Below, in pieces: positions 18,762 through 27,356 of a stretch of DNA of 32,000 nt. Each line of letters starts with the position of its first letter. Positions within the stretch are counted from its first letter, which is position 1. The stretch spans positions 60,001 through 92,000 of the forward strand of contig JAFGBS010000001.1 in NCBI GenBank assembly GCA_016933055.1, given 5' to 3'. The position numbers were made by a program, and so were the translations under genes. The DNA is from Promethearchaeota archaeon (GTDB lineage Archaea > Asgardarchaeota > Lokiarchaeia > Sigyniarchaeales > Promethearchaeaceae). The notes below the pieces were generated by a model. That model was not told where the DNA came from. It worked only from the letters and a program-made list of their open reading frames with translations, and searched no databases.

Positions 18762-20783
18762 TTGGTGGACTCAATTCCGAAAGGCTATAATGGTAAAATT
18801 CTCTGGATCGATCTAAGTACTACGGACATTAAAGATGAAACTCTTGAGAAAAAAGTATATAGACAATATTTGGGGGGGTATGGATTAGGTGCGTATATCA
18901 TCTACTCACGAATGAAACCAAAAGTTGATGCACTCGGTCCAGATAATATTATCGGATTCTGCCCGGGATTACTTACGGGGAATCCTGCTCCATTTACAGG
19001 TAGATTTATGGTGTGTGCAAAGAGTCCTTTGACCGGTCGAGTTGAAAAACACCAACCCCTTAGAATTTCGGGTGGTTGGGGGGATGCAAATTCAGGAGGA
19101 TTTTTTGGTGCTGCCATTAAACGTGCTGGATATGATGGTATTTTCATAACGGGGAAAAGTAAAAAACCATGCGTTATCTCCATTGAAAAAGATGCTACTG
19201 AAATAGTCCTGACAGATGAGCTCGTGGGTAAGTCAGTAAGTGAAACGGAAACGCATCTAAAAATGAAATTCGGTAGATCCTCGCAAATCGCTTCTATTGG
19301 AGTAGCAGGAGAGAAATTATCCCGAATTTCAGGAATTGTTACGGATAAGGGTCGAATTGCTGCACGAAGTGGCTTAGGCGCTGTTATGGGCTCTAAAAAC
19401 TTGAAAGCTATATGTATTTCTCGTAAGAAGAGTCTTTCTGTCCATAATAAGGATACTTTAACTCAATTATCACGATCCTATACTCAAGAACTCAAAGAGA
19501 GATATTCTTCCCCTTCTACGGAATTGTTGGCGCGTAATGCCCCCCAGATCGCATTTATCATGCGTTGGTTGAAACAAGGAGTGAAAAGTAATGTAAATCT
19601 GCATGCTAAAACCTTGCACAAATGGGGGACGTCTTATGCTACCGGAATTTCTTCAGAACTTGGGGATCTTCCCATTAAAAATTACTTAGGTGCGGGATAT
19701 ACCGACTGGCCGCAAACAATTGCAGAAAAATTCTCGGGACAATATTTATTACGATATAAAAAGCGTTCCTATGGGTGTTTTTCATGCCCCTTGCAATGTG
19801 GGGCAATTCTCGAAGTACCGGAAGCAGGATTAGAGGAAATTCACCGGCCCGAATATGAAACTCTTGGAGCATTCGGGGGATTGATACTCAACGATGATAT
19901 AACTAAAACTATTCGGGTGAATCACCTACTAAATGAAGCGGGAATGGATACAATATCTGCAGGTGCTGTTCTCGCCTTCGTTTTGGAGTGTGTAGAAAAA
20001 GGGATCTTAACAAAAGAAGATTTTGTATCCGCATCCTATCCAGATGGATTTTTACCCACTTGGGGAAATCCCGATTATATTATTCCTTTGATAACTATGA
20101 TGATACACAGGGAAGGGATTGGTGATACACTTGCTGATGGAGTTAGAGTTGCTAGTTTAAAAATTCAAAAAGGTTCAGAGGGGTTTGCTTTTCATTTTGC
20201 CGGTCAAGAACCGGGTATGCATGATGCACGATTAGTTCCTGCGTTAATGATTGCATATGAAGCCGATCCCACCCCTGGTCGACACACAACCGCATGTTTA
20301 GACTATTTTGAGCAAGGAGAAATTAATAAATTTCTCCATAACTATACATTTTCGAACTCTACTGATCCCATCGAGAAAGGTAAAGCGAATGGACAATTTG
20401 CAAAGTTTCTGCAAACTATTAATGCACTGGGCTTTTGTGAGTTTGCTCTGTGGATGGGGGAATATCCTTTACTAGAAATCATCCACGCTGTAACTGGCTG
20501 GGAATTGAATATTGATGAATTTTTGGAGATAGGATGGAGAATTCAAACCTTGCGACAACAATTTAATGTTCGGGAAGCTGCATTGGAGATTGCATTCAAC
20601 AAGAATAGATTATATGGCAATCCCCCACTTCAAAATGGCCCCTTAAGCGGAAAAACCCTAAACAATGTTCAAGAACTCGTAGCTGGATATTTTGAACATC
20701 TTGGGTGGGATTCAGAGGGAAAACCACTCCCCGAAACCTTAGAAGCTTTAGGATTAAATATAATTAGTGAGAACAATGAGTGA
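18762..20783 (+). CDS. aor: Tungsten-type aldehyde:ferredoxin oxidoreductase family protein (copy 1)
   Basis: GGYGLG, AKSPLTG, AARSGLGAVMGSKNLKA, CFSCPLQC (4Fe-4S), EYET and GMDTIS. Confidence 0.92.
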   Translation: MVDSIPKGYNGKILWIDLSTTDIKDETLEKKVYRQYLGGYGLGAYIIYSRMKPKVDALGPDNIIGFCPGLLTGNPAPFTGRFMVCAKSPLTGRVEKHQPLRISGGWGDANSGGFFGAAIKRAGYDGIFITGKSKKPCVISIEKDATEIVLTDELVGKSVSETETHLKMKFGRSSQIASIGVAGEKLSRISGIVTDKGRIAARSGLGAVMGSKNLKAICISRKKSLSVHNKDTLTQLSRSYTQELKERYSSPSTELLARNAPQIAFIMRWLKQGVKSNVNLHAKTLHKWGTSYATGISSELGDLPIKNYLGAGYTDWPQTIAEKFSGQYLLRYKKRSYGCFSCPLQCGAILEVPEAGLEEIHRPEYETLGAFGGLILNDDITKTIRVNHLLNEAGMDTISAGAVLAFVLECVEKGILTKEDFVSASYPDGFLPTWGNPDYIIPLITMMIHREGIGDTLADGVRVASLKIQKGSEGFAFHFAGQEPGMHDARLVPALMIAYEADPTPGRHTTACLDYFEQGEINKFLHNYTFSNSTDPIEKGKANGQFAKFLQTINALGFCEFALWMGEYPLLEIIHAVTGWELNIDEFLEIGWRIQTLRQQFNVREAALEIAFNKNRLYGNPPLQNGPLSGKTLNNVQELVAGYFEHLGWDSEGKPLPETLEALGLNIISENNE

Positions 20784-22167
20784 AAAGAAAAAACCAACAG
20801 ATGCATTACAAGAGCAATTGGATAAATATCTACCAGAATTGCAGAAAATTTATGGTTCCCTTAAAACAAACCTACTCAATCCAGTAGGAAATCTCCTCAA
20901 CCGTTCGAGTAATAACTTATCCGATACTATTCAACTCGGTGTTGATCTCATCAATAAAGAATTGCGAGGAAAACATACAAAAAATTATTGGCGGTATTCT
21001 TATGAGGAACTAAACAAAATCCTTAAAGATGAAATGTGCCCCTGTGCCTTTCTTGATTTGGAAAGCTTTGATGAAAATGTGGACTGGCTAGATGAAGAGA
21101 TCCAAAAATACGGTAAAAAAGTACGGATTGGGACAAAATCCATCCGTGTACCGGAATTAACCAATCGAGCACTTAAAAAGCCCAATATTGAAGGGTTGTT
21201 TATTTTTCATCCAAATGAAATACAATATTACCAAGAAAAATATAAGCAGAAAGATTTTCTTCTTGCGTATCCCATTTATAACCGTCCCGAAGCGGATGTG
21301 TTAAGTAGTGCTATTAAAAGAGATTCTGAGACAAGAGTGCACGTGATGGTTGATTCTCCCGCCCATTTATATCTCTTGGAAAAGTCTGCAGCGAAACACC
21401 ATGTGAAATTAGGTATTATTGTGGATTATGATGCATCAGTAAATTTCATGGGACAATTAGCAGGAGTTATGAGATCCCCGTTACGCTTACCAAAAGAGGT
21501 AGTATCCCTTGCCCTTCAATGTAATGAATTCACACATTTAGAATTTCGGGGGATTATGGGGTATGAAGGTCAAGAGGCCGGTATTGGGGACTTTAGTGTG
21601 ATATATTCATTAATGAAGCAAAAATCCCGAAGAGAAAACGTCGCACGCAGGAGTGCAATTGTAAAAGCTCTAAAAGAAGCAGGATTAGAACCAGAGATCG
21701 TGAATGGAGGGGGATCTGGATGTTTTCAAGATACCGCAGATGAAGATCCCGTCACTGAAGTAACCATTGGCTCGGGATTGTTCAAATCCTATATATTTGA
21801 CCCTATTGAATCGATGGATAATTTTAAACCCTCCTTGTTCATGGCATTGCGGATTGTAAGATTTCCTAAAAATGGGGTAGCAACCTGTTTCTCTGGCGGA
21901 TATGTTTCCTCTGCTATAAATAAAAGCCCAAAAGTGGTTCTACCCGAAGGATGTAAAGAAACGCCACGTGAAGGATTTGGAGAAGTCCAAACTCCAATTC
22001 TTTATAATCCTAATGAAGTGTTTTTCAATTTGGGAGATATTATAATCTGCCGACTGGCTAAAGCAGGAGAACCTATGGAACGATTCAATGAAGTTGCAAT
22101 AATTTCCAAAGGAAAAATCGTTGATCATTATCCGACTAATCGAGGGTGCGGATTATGGTGTGGATAA
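20776..22167 (+). CDS. Fold-type III PLP enzyme, DSD1/D-threonine aldolase/alanine-racemase-like, with N-terminal extension
   Basis: AFLDL, RIGTKSIR (PLP Lys), GIMGYEGQEAG, VNGGGSG, EVTIGSG and GFGEVQTP. Start overlaps the aor stop. Confidence 0.82.
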   Translation: MSEKKKPTDALQEQLDKYLPELQKIYGSLKTNLLNPVGNLLNRSSNNLSDTIQLGVDLINKELRGKHTKNYWRYSYEELNKILKDEMCPCAFLDLESFDENVDWLDEEIQKYGKKVRIGTKSIRVPELTNRALKKPNIEGLFIFHPNEIQYYQEKYKQKDFLLAYPIYNRPEADVLSSAIKRDSETRVHVMVDSPAHLYLLEKSAAKHHVKLGIIVDYDASVNFMGQLAGVMRSPLRLPKEVVSLALQCNEFTHLEFRGIMGYEGQEAGIGDFSVIYSLMKQKSRRENVARRSAIVKALKEAGLEPEIVNGGGSGCFQDTADEDPVTEVTIGSGLFKSYIFDPIESMDNFKPSLFMALRIVRFPKNGVATCFSGGYVSSAINKSPKVVLPEGCKETPREGFGEVQTPILYNPNEVFFNLGDIIICRLAKAGEPMERFNEVAIISKGKIVDHYPTNRGCGLWCG

Positions 22168-22184
22168 AAAAATAAAAAAATATT

Positions 22185-23645
22185 TTAAATTCCTAATTCG
22201 GCTTTCTTTTGCTCAATCATCTTTTTCTTATCGCCTTTAATATCGTAAATCAAAGCAAATAGACCAATGAAAATGGCAAGCCCGACCGAGGGAACGATAG
22301 CAAGTAATCCTCTTATTCCAAAGGTAGCTGCGGGATTCTGCAATTGCCCAAATGGCAAAGTTTCATCGAAATTGGTTAGTATATGGACAATAAGTGTTAC
22401 GGCTGTGAAGACAATGATCATCAACCGTCCAAAGAACACATTAATACCGACAAACACACCGGAGTCTCTCTTCTTGGTCTTGATGCTTAATTCATCCAAA
22501 ACTTCCGCAAAAACTGGTGCTAACATCGTCCACATTCCTCCATTTCCGAATCCTGCTATAAAGAAAAACGGCATTGATACAGTATAATCTGTTATGAAGA
22601 TAAAGGGAGTTGTTAAAAGGGCTTGTCCAAAACCCGCGTATATCATTGTTTTCCGAAAACCTATTTTTTTGGAGATTATTGTCCAAACCGGCACTGATAC
22701 TAATTGACCAATAATAAATAATGCAAGAAGTATAGTCATAGAGTCAGGATCTTTAACCAAGACATATTTGTTCCAATAAGGTAATGTACCGAGAACAAAT
22801 TGATCCCAAATCTTATTTCCCACATAAAAGCAAAGATATGCAACATAGCTCTTAGTAGCCAACCCTAATTTCAGGTACTTCCAAAAAGATTCTTGTTTTT
22901 CCTCATCTTCATGCCATTCTATTGCTTTTCTACGGGGACTCTGACGAGTTCCATATAATACTCCAGCAGATGGTATTAAAGCAATCGCTCCAATAACGAG
23001 AGCCATCATTCCATAGGATCGAATATCATCATACTCATATAATAGTGGGGGTAAGAGATTACCAACAAGGACTGCTGCAATTGCTAAATATAACCTCCAA
23101 ACATTTGCTTTTCTCTTGGTTGCGTCATCTTGGAACTTTTCCGGAAATTGCGCAAACCAATGCACGTAGAAAAGGGAGTAAAACGTATCAGCAAGACATA
23201 ACATGACGAACAACCAAAGGAACAAGATATAGTCGAAGAACCATGCAGGTTGGCAATATTCCGTATAACAAGTCGGTATCAGGAAGCCAGGTGGGGTAAA
23301 AACGGCTAGATAACTTATGTATAAAAGGGGAATACAAATCGCAGTCCATAAACCTCGTTTACCCCATTTCTTCCAGAATGGTCGCTTTCTCTCCGAAATA
23401 AAACCCAATAGAGGATCGTTTACAGCATTCCAAATCGCAAACAAGACATTCGCGGCTAGCAAGAATGCAGGTCCTAGATAGAGTTCCGTTTCATAGAAAA
23501 AGAAATAAAGAGCCCCAAATGAATTACCAACTAGTTCAACGGCAAATGAACCAAACGCATAAGAAGACATCGTCCAGTGGGACTTGTTTCGCTTTTCCCA
23601 GCCATCTAATTGGGAGTAATCTATTTTCGAAGTATTTTCGCTCAT
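22185..23645 (-). CDS. MFS transporter, GPH/MelB-like family
   Basis: About 12 hydrophobic segments; IWNAVNDPLLGFISE...WGKR; C-terminal YDIKG. ATG 23645 follows an AGGTG SD. Confidence 0.9.
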   Translation of the reverse strand: MSENTSKIDYSQLDGWEKRNKSHWTMSSYAFGSFAVELVGNSFGALYFFFYETELYLGPAFLLAANVLFAIWNAVNDPLLGFISERKRPFWKKWGKRGLWTAICIPLLYISYLAVFTPPGFLIPTCYTEYCQPAWFFDYILFLWLFVMLCLADTFYSLFYVHWFAQFPEKFQDDATKRKANVWRLYLAIAAVLVGNLLPPLLYEYDDIRSYGMMALVIGAIALIPSAGVLYGTRQSPRRKAIEWHEDEEKQESFWKYLKLGLATKSYVAYLCFYVGNKIWDQFVLGTLPYWNKYVLVKDPDSMTILLALFIIGQLVSVPVWTIISKKIGFRKTMIYAGFGQALLTTPFIFITDYTVSMPFFFIAGFGNGGMWTMLAPVFAEVLDELSIKTKKRDSGVFVGINVFFGRLMIIVFTAVTLIVHILTNFDETLPFGQLQNPAATFGIRGLLAIVPSVGLAIFIGLFALIYDIKGDKKKMIEQKKAELGI

Positions 23646-23713
23646 ATTATACACCTAATATACCATGAAATGGTTAGTGATAGTTTACCTTAAAACTATT
23701 TAATAGTTTGGTG

Positions 23714-23738
23714 AATTCTATATACATCTATAGGAATT
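23714..23738. promoter_or_regulatory. Putative operator, TTCTATA-N6-TATAGGA imperfect palindrome, in the MFS/creatininase divergent promoter
   Basis: Half-sites at 23716-23722 and 23729-23735; the same half-site recurs in 29242-29318 and 30395-30434. Confidence 0.45.
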
Positions 23739-23780
23739 TTTAAAATTCTCTGAATTCATAAAAATGGTAACATCAGCAAT

Positions 23781-23795
23781 AAAATAAATATAAAA
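23781..23795 (+). promoter_or_regulatory. Putative BRE/TATA box of the creatininase-family gene
   Basis: A-rich run followed by TATAAAA (23789-23795), starting 31 nt upstream of the ATG, which fits a leaderless archaeal promoter. Confidence 0.45.
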
Positions 23796-23819
23796 CCACT
23801 ATCCATAGAGAATGTCATC

Positions 23820-24581
23820 ATGAAAAAAAACACTATTAGGTTGGATGAATATACATGGGAAGAGATACGATCTCTCATAGAAAACGGACATAAAACGGTC
23901 GTGTTCGGCATCGGTGCAACCGAACAGCACGGTCCTTCTCTGCCATTAATGGCGGATGCACTTCAAGCTGATGAAACTGCAAATATTATTGCTCACGAAC
24001 TACCAAAAGCTCTTCAAGCTCCCACTATTCGAGTAGGGTATTCGAAATATCATATGCATTTCCCAGGAAGCATGACATTACGAGTATCCACCCTCCAAGC
24101 GCTTATTGAGGATTATATTGATAGTTTTGTGCATCATGGATTCAATAAGATTGTGATCTTTGTTTCCCATGGAGGAAACGTTCCATCCACACAAAAAGTT
24201 GTTGCCGAGAAACACCAACAATATCCTAACGTAAGAATAGTGTATTATTATGATCAAGATGCTATGCCCGTTATTGGGAAACTCGCGATGGAATTTCAGC
24301 TAACTCCTGGGCAAATTGGGACCCATGCAGGTCACATGGAAGCGAGTATGGTACAATATTATGCTGAAGACCTCGTAGATAAAGACCGCTTGGTGGAGGG
24401 ATATACTGGTGAATGGAATGAGGAAATGCACCATAAAATGCATGAGAATGGGATGCATACCATTTCAAAAAACGGAATCTTAGGAGATCAGCGCGGTTCT
24501 AGCAAGGAAATGGGGCAAAAATACATTGATGCGTTGAAACCTGTTATGATGAACTACATTAAAAAGAATTTAGAAGAGTAA
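23820..24581 (+). CDS. Creatininase/creatinine amidohydrolase family metallo-amidohydrolase
   Basis: GATEQHGPSLPLMAD (E/H/D ligands), HMHFPGS, SHGGN and HAGHMEAS. Confidence 0.9.
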   Translation: MKKNTIRLDEYTWEEIRSLIENGHKTVVFGIGATEQHGPSLPLMADALQADETANIIAHELPKALQAPTIRVGYSKYHMHFPGSMTLRVSTLQALIEDYIDSFVHHGFNKIVIFVSHGGNVPSTQKVVAEKHQQYPNVRIVYYYDQDAMPVIGKLAMEFQLTPGQIGTHAGHMEASMVQYYAEDLVDKDRLVEGYTGEWNEEMHHKMHENGMHTISKNGILGDQRGSSKEMGQKYIDALKPVMMNYIKKNLEE

Positions 24582-24588
24582 ACTTCTT

Positions 24589-25560
24589 TCAATTCATTAA
24601 TATTCCATCCTTTAGGATAACTTGACCATCTATTTCGATGGTTCCCCTTCTCATTATTAAATCATAATGCAAACTTGCGGTTACAGTTCCCCCAAGAGTG
24701 ATATTGGTTCCGATACCAATATGCACAGATCCAAGTACTCCTTCATCTTCCAGCATGATACCCTTGAATGAACACTTAGGATTTAATCCGATCCCCATTT
24801 CTGCGATGTTATAAACAAAAGGATCCTCTTTGGATTCAAGATTTTCACTAAGCATCTTAGCTTGGTATCCCCCATCTATCGAATCAATCATTCCATTTTT
24901 TACAACACATGTTACGGGTTCTTTCAGTAAACCTATTCCGATATAGGGAATGCTAGCATCTGCAACGATTACGCCATTTGCAGACCCCTCCACTGGAGAA
25001 CAATTAGCTTCTATAGTCGGAATCGTGGAAAATTGCCCTGGTTCTACGATACCGTATAGGGCATTTCCTCGTCGTCCTTCAGCAGAAAATGTTAGATCGG
25101 TTCCTTTACGAGTAGTCAAATGAACATTATTTCCCACCTCTAAAAGCCTGGCATATTTTTTGCAGATAGGAGCGATCTGCTTGAAATCTGCTTCTATTCC
25201 CCCTCCTATTAATAATTGTTCCGTAAATTGGGTCAAGAGAATTCCACGTGTTCCGTTTTCAACGGCATTTTTTACTGCATTAGTGTGAGTGATGGATGTT
25301 TTTACAGCCGATATGAATACATTGCTGTTCAATATGGCATTTGCTACGATATTGGGTGGTTCTTGTCCATCGGAATCCCTTGGTAGGATTGAAATAATCA
25401 CGGGTTCTGCGTCTACTTTTTGGACTTCTGATGCCACAGAATTCGCAATAGATACCATGCCAGATTCGGTGAGAATTACTACAAGATCTCCTGGCTTTAC
25501 TTGGGCACAAGTTTGGACTATAGTTCTGGCTCCTCGAGCCATTTTTTCGCGATTATTCAT
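24589..25560 (-). CDS. Peptidase M29 / aminopeptidase T-like metallohydrolase
   Basis: PTIEA, IAEMGIG, EDEG..GSVHIGIG and SLHYD retain the E/E/E/H/H/D dinuclear ligand set. Confidence 0.85.
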   Translation of the reverse strand: MNNREKMARGARTIVQTCAQVKPGDLVVILTESGMVSIANSVASEVQKVDAEPVIISILPRDSDGQEPPNIVANAILNSNVFISAVKTSITHTNAVKNAVENGTRGILLTQFTEQLLIGGGIEADFKQIAPICKKYARLLEVGNNVHLTTRKGTDLTFSAEGRRGNALYGIVEPGQFSTIPTIEANCSPVEGSANGVIVADASIPYIGIGLLKEPVTCVVKNGMIDSIDGGYQAKMLSENLESKEDPFVYNIAEMGIGLNPKCSFKGIMLEDEGVLGSVHIGIGTNITLGGTVTASLHYDLIMRRGTIEIDGQVILKDGILMN

Positions 25561-25640
25561 AGCGAATCATTTTGATTTTTTACTTCCGATTAAGCATCCA
25601 TTCATTAGAAAAATTATAATTCGTCATCTAGAAGCTATGG

Positions 25641-27356
25641 CTAATTTATTTTTTTCTTAGTTCGGATTCTCATATGGCTTGCAGGTTTTACTTCAACATC
25701 AATTATTATGGGATAATCTTTAGTAAGGGCATCTCTCAGTTCTTTTCGTAATTCATCTGCCTCAGATACGCATATACCTTTCAATCCCATTGCTTCAGCA
25801 ATTGCTGCTAAGTTCGGTCTTTCATAATCACAGAATTTCCTTCCTTTGCTTGAGAGATAATCCCTAACGTTCCCATAGCATCCGTTATTGATTACTACGA
25901 TAATCGGGTCAAAATTATACTGCTTCATTGTCTCAAAATTATAAAGACACATGAGAAGTGATCCATCTCCCTCCACTGCGATGGTTTTTCCTTCAGTATG
26001 GATCATTGAACATGTCATTGCGGCGCTAGAGGCCCACCCCATCCCAGCAGCACCAAAGGGACCAATTAACTGACCTGCTGTTTTCGTTTGGAAGAGTTTA
26101 GTGAACCACATACGATTATTTCCCGCACCCAGTATCAATTTATCATTTTCCCTGATCACTTCATTAATTATTTTTACAACAACCTCAGGATTTAATGGTG
26201 TCTCTTCATCATCCATCATCTTATGGTGGAACCAATTATTCTCTGGATCTTTCTTACGATCATTTAATTTCTTAATTCGCGCTTGAACGTCAATTTTCGG
26301 TTTTTTCTCTTTAATAATTCGAATTATCTCTTGAAGAGCTATTTTTGCATCTGATGTCACTCCCATATCGATTGGATAGGTCCATCCGGCATTTCTGGGT
26401 TCAATATCAATCTGAATAATTTTCTGCCGAATCGGATCAATAAATTCATCACTACAATTCATTGTATTATCTGGAGCTAGCGCAGAACCAACAACAAAAA
26501 TTATATCAGCTTCTGCAATTTTTTCGTTTGCTAAAAGTTGACTTAATGCACCTGTAGTTCCGAGGGCAAGATCATGAGTCTCGGGTATGATTCCTTTTCC
26601 CCCATAACTCGTAGCTACGGGAATTCCTAATAGTTCGACTAGTTCCAATACTTCCTTTTCTGCTTTGGATGCAAAAGTTCCTCTTCCACATATCATTACA
26701 GGGTTTTTAGCCTTGATTAACTTCTCTACTATATTTTCTGCATCGTTCAAACTGATCGAAGGGGGACTAACTCGTAAATATCCATCAAGTGGCCATAAAG
26801 GGGGTTCTACATTTGACATGGTATCTACCGAGGCTAACATGACATTCCATTTTGCAATGACCGCTACCGGTCCGGGACGCCCGGAAGTTGCATGTTTAAT
26901 AGCAAGTTGAATTGCATAAAGGAGTTCTTTTGGTGAATTCGCTTCAGTTACATATTTACAGTAAGATCCATATAAAGCTCGTAAATCTACCGTTCCATAT
27001 TCCCCCGTCCCTGATTGATATGCACCATGGTGGTTAATTCCATACCAATCCGAGTATTCAGTGATTATCACTAAGGGAATTCCCGCAAAATAGGATTCTA
27101 CAATACCAAAACCCCCATTTGTAGCCATCCAGATTCCTTGACCGATCAGAATCCCCGGCTTTCCGGTCATACGACCATACATATCCGCCATAACTGCCGC
27201 TGCCCCTTCATGATGCGTCACAATTGTAGTGAACTCATTGGGACGCTTGTAGAATTCTTCGAACAAGAAGGGGGCGACTCCTCCTGGTAAACCAAATATA
27301 TGGGTTAATCCGCTTTGTACAAACATATCCGCAATAATTTCAGTAATTTTAGGCAT
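25641..27356 (-). CDS. Thiamine-diphosphate-dependent enzyme (AHAS/POX-like architecture, non-canonical active-site motifs)
   Basis: IFGLPG, catalytic HHEG, middle domain IQIDIEP and ThDP-binding GDGS...NNG. GGAGGAG SD lies in the end of the upstream aor. Confidence 0.88.
   Translation of the reverse strand: MPKITEIIADMFVQSGLTHIFGLPGGVAPFLFEEFYKRPNEFTTIVTHHEGAAAVMADMYGRMTGKPGILIGQGIWMATNGGFGIVESYFAGIPLVIITEYSDWYGINHHGAYQSGTGEYGTVDLRALYGSYCKYVTEANSPKELLYAIQLAIKHATSGRPGPVAVIAKWNVMLASVDTMSNVEPPLWPLDGYLRVSPPSISLNDAENIVEKLIKAKNPVMICGRGTFASKAEKEVLELVELLGIPVATSYGGKGIIPETHDLALGTTGALSQLLANEKIAEADIIFVVGSALAPDNTMNCSDEFIDPIRQKIIQIDIEPRNAGWTYPIDMGVTSDAKIALQEIIRIIKEKKPKIDVQARIKKLNDRKKDPENNWFHHKMMDDEETPLNPEVVVKIINEVIRENDKLILGAGNNRMWFTKLFQTKTAGQLIGPFGAAGMGWASSAAMTCSMIHTEGKTIAVEGDGSLLMCLYNFETMKQYNFDPIIVVINNGCYGNVRDYLSSKGRKFCDYERPNLAAIAEAMGLKGICVSEADELRKELRDALTKDYPIIIDVEVKPASHMRIRTKKKIN

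Noticed and set aside
23820-25560. RiPP cluster (MftE-like creatininase plus crocagin CgnB/E-like M29 protein)
   Set aside because: No precursor peptide, RRE protein or SPASM radical-SAM maturase nearby; the neighbours are catabolic enzymes.
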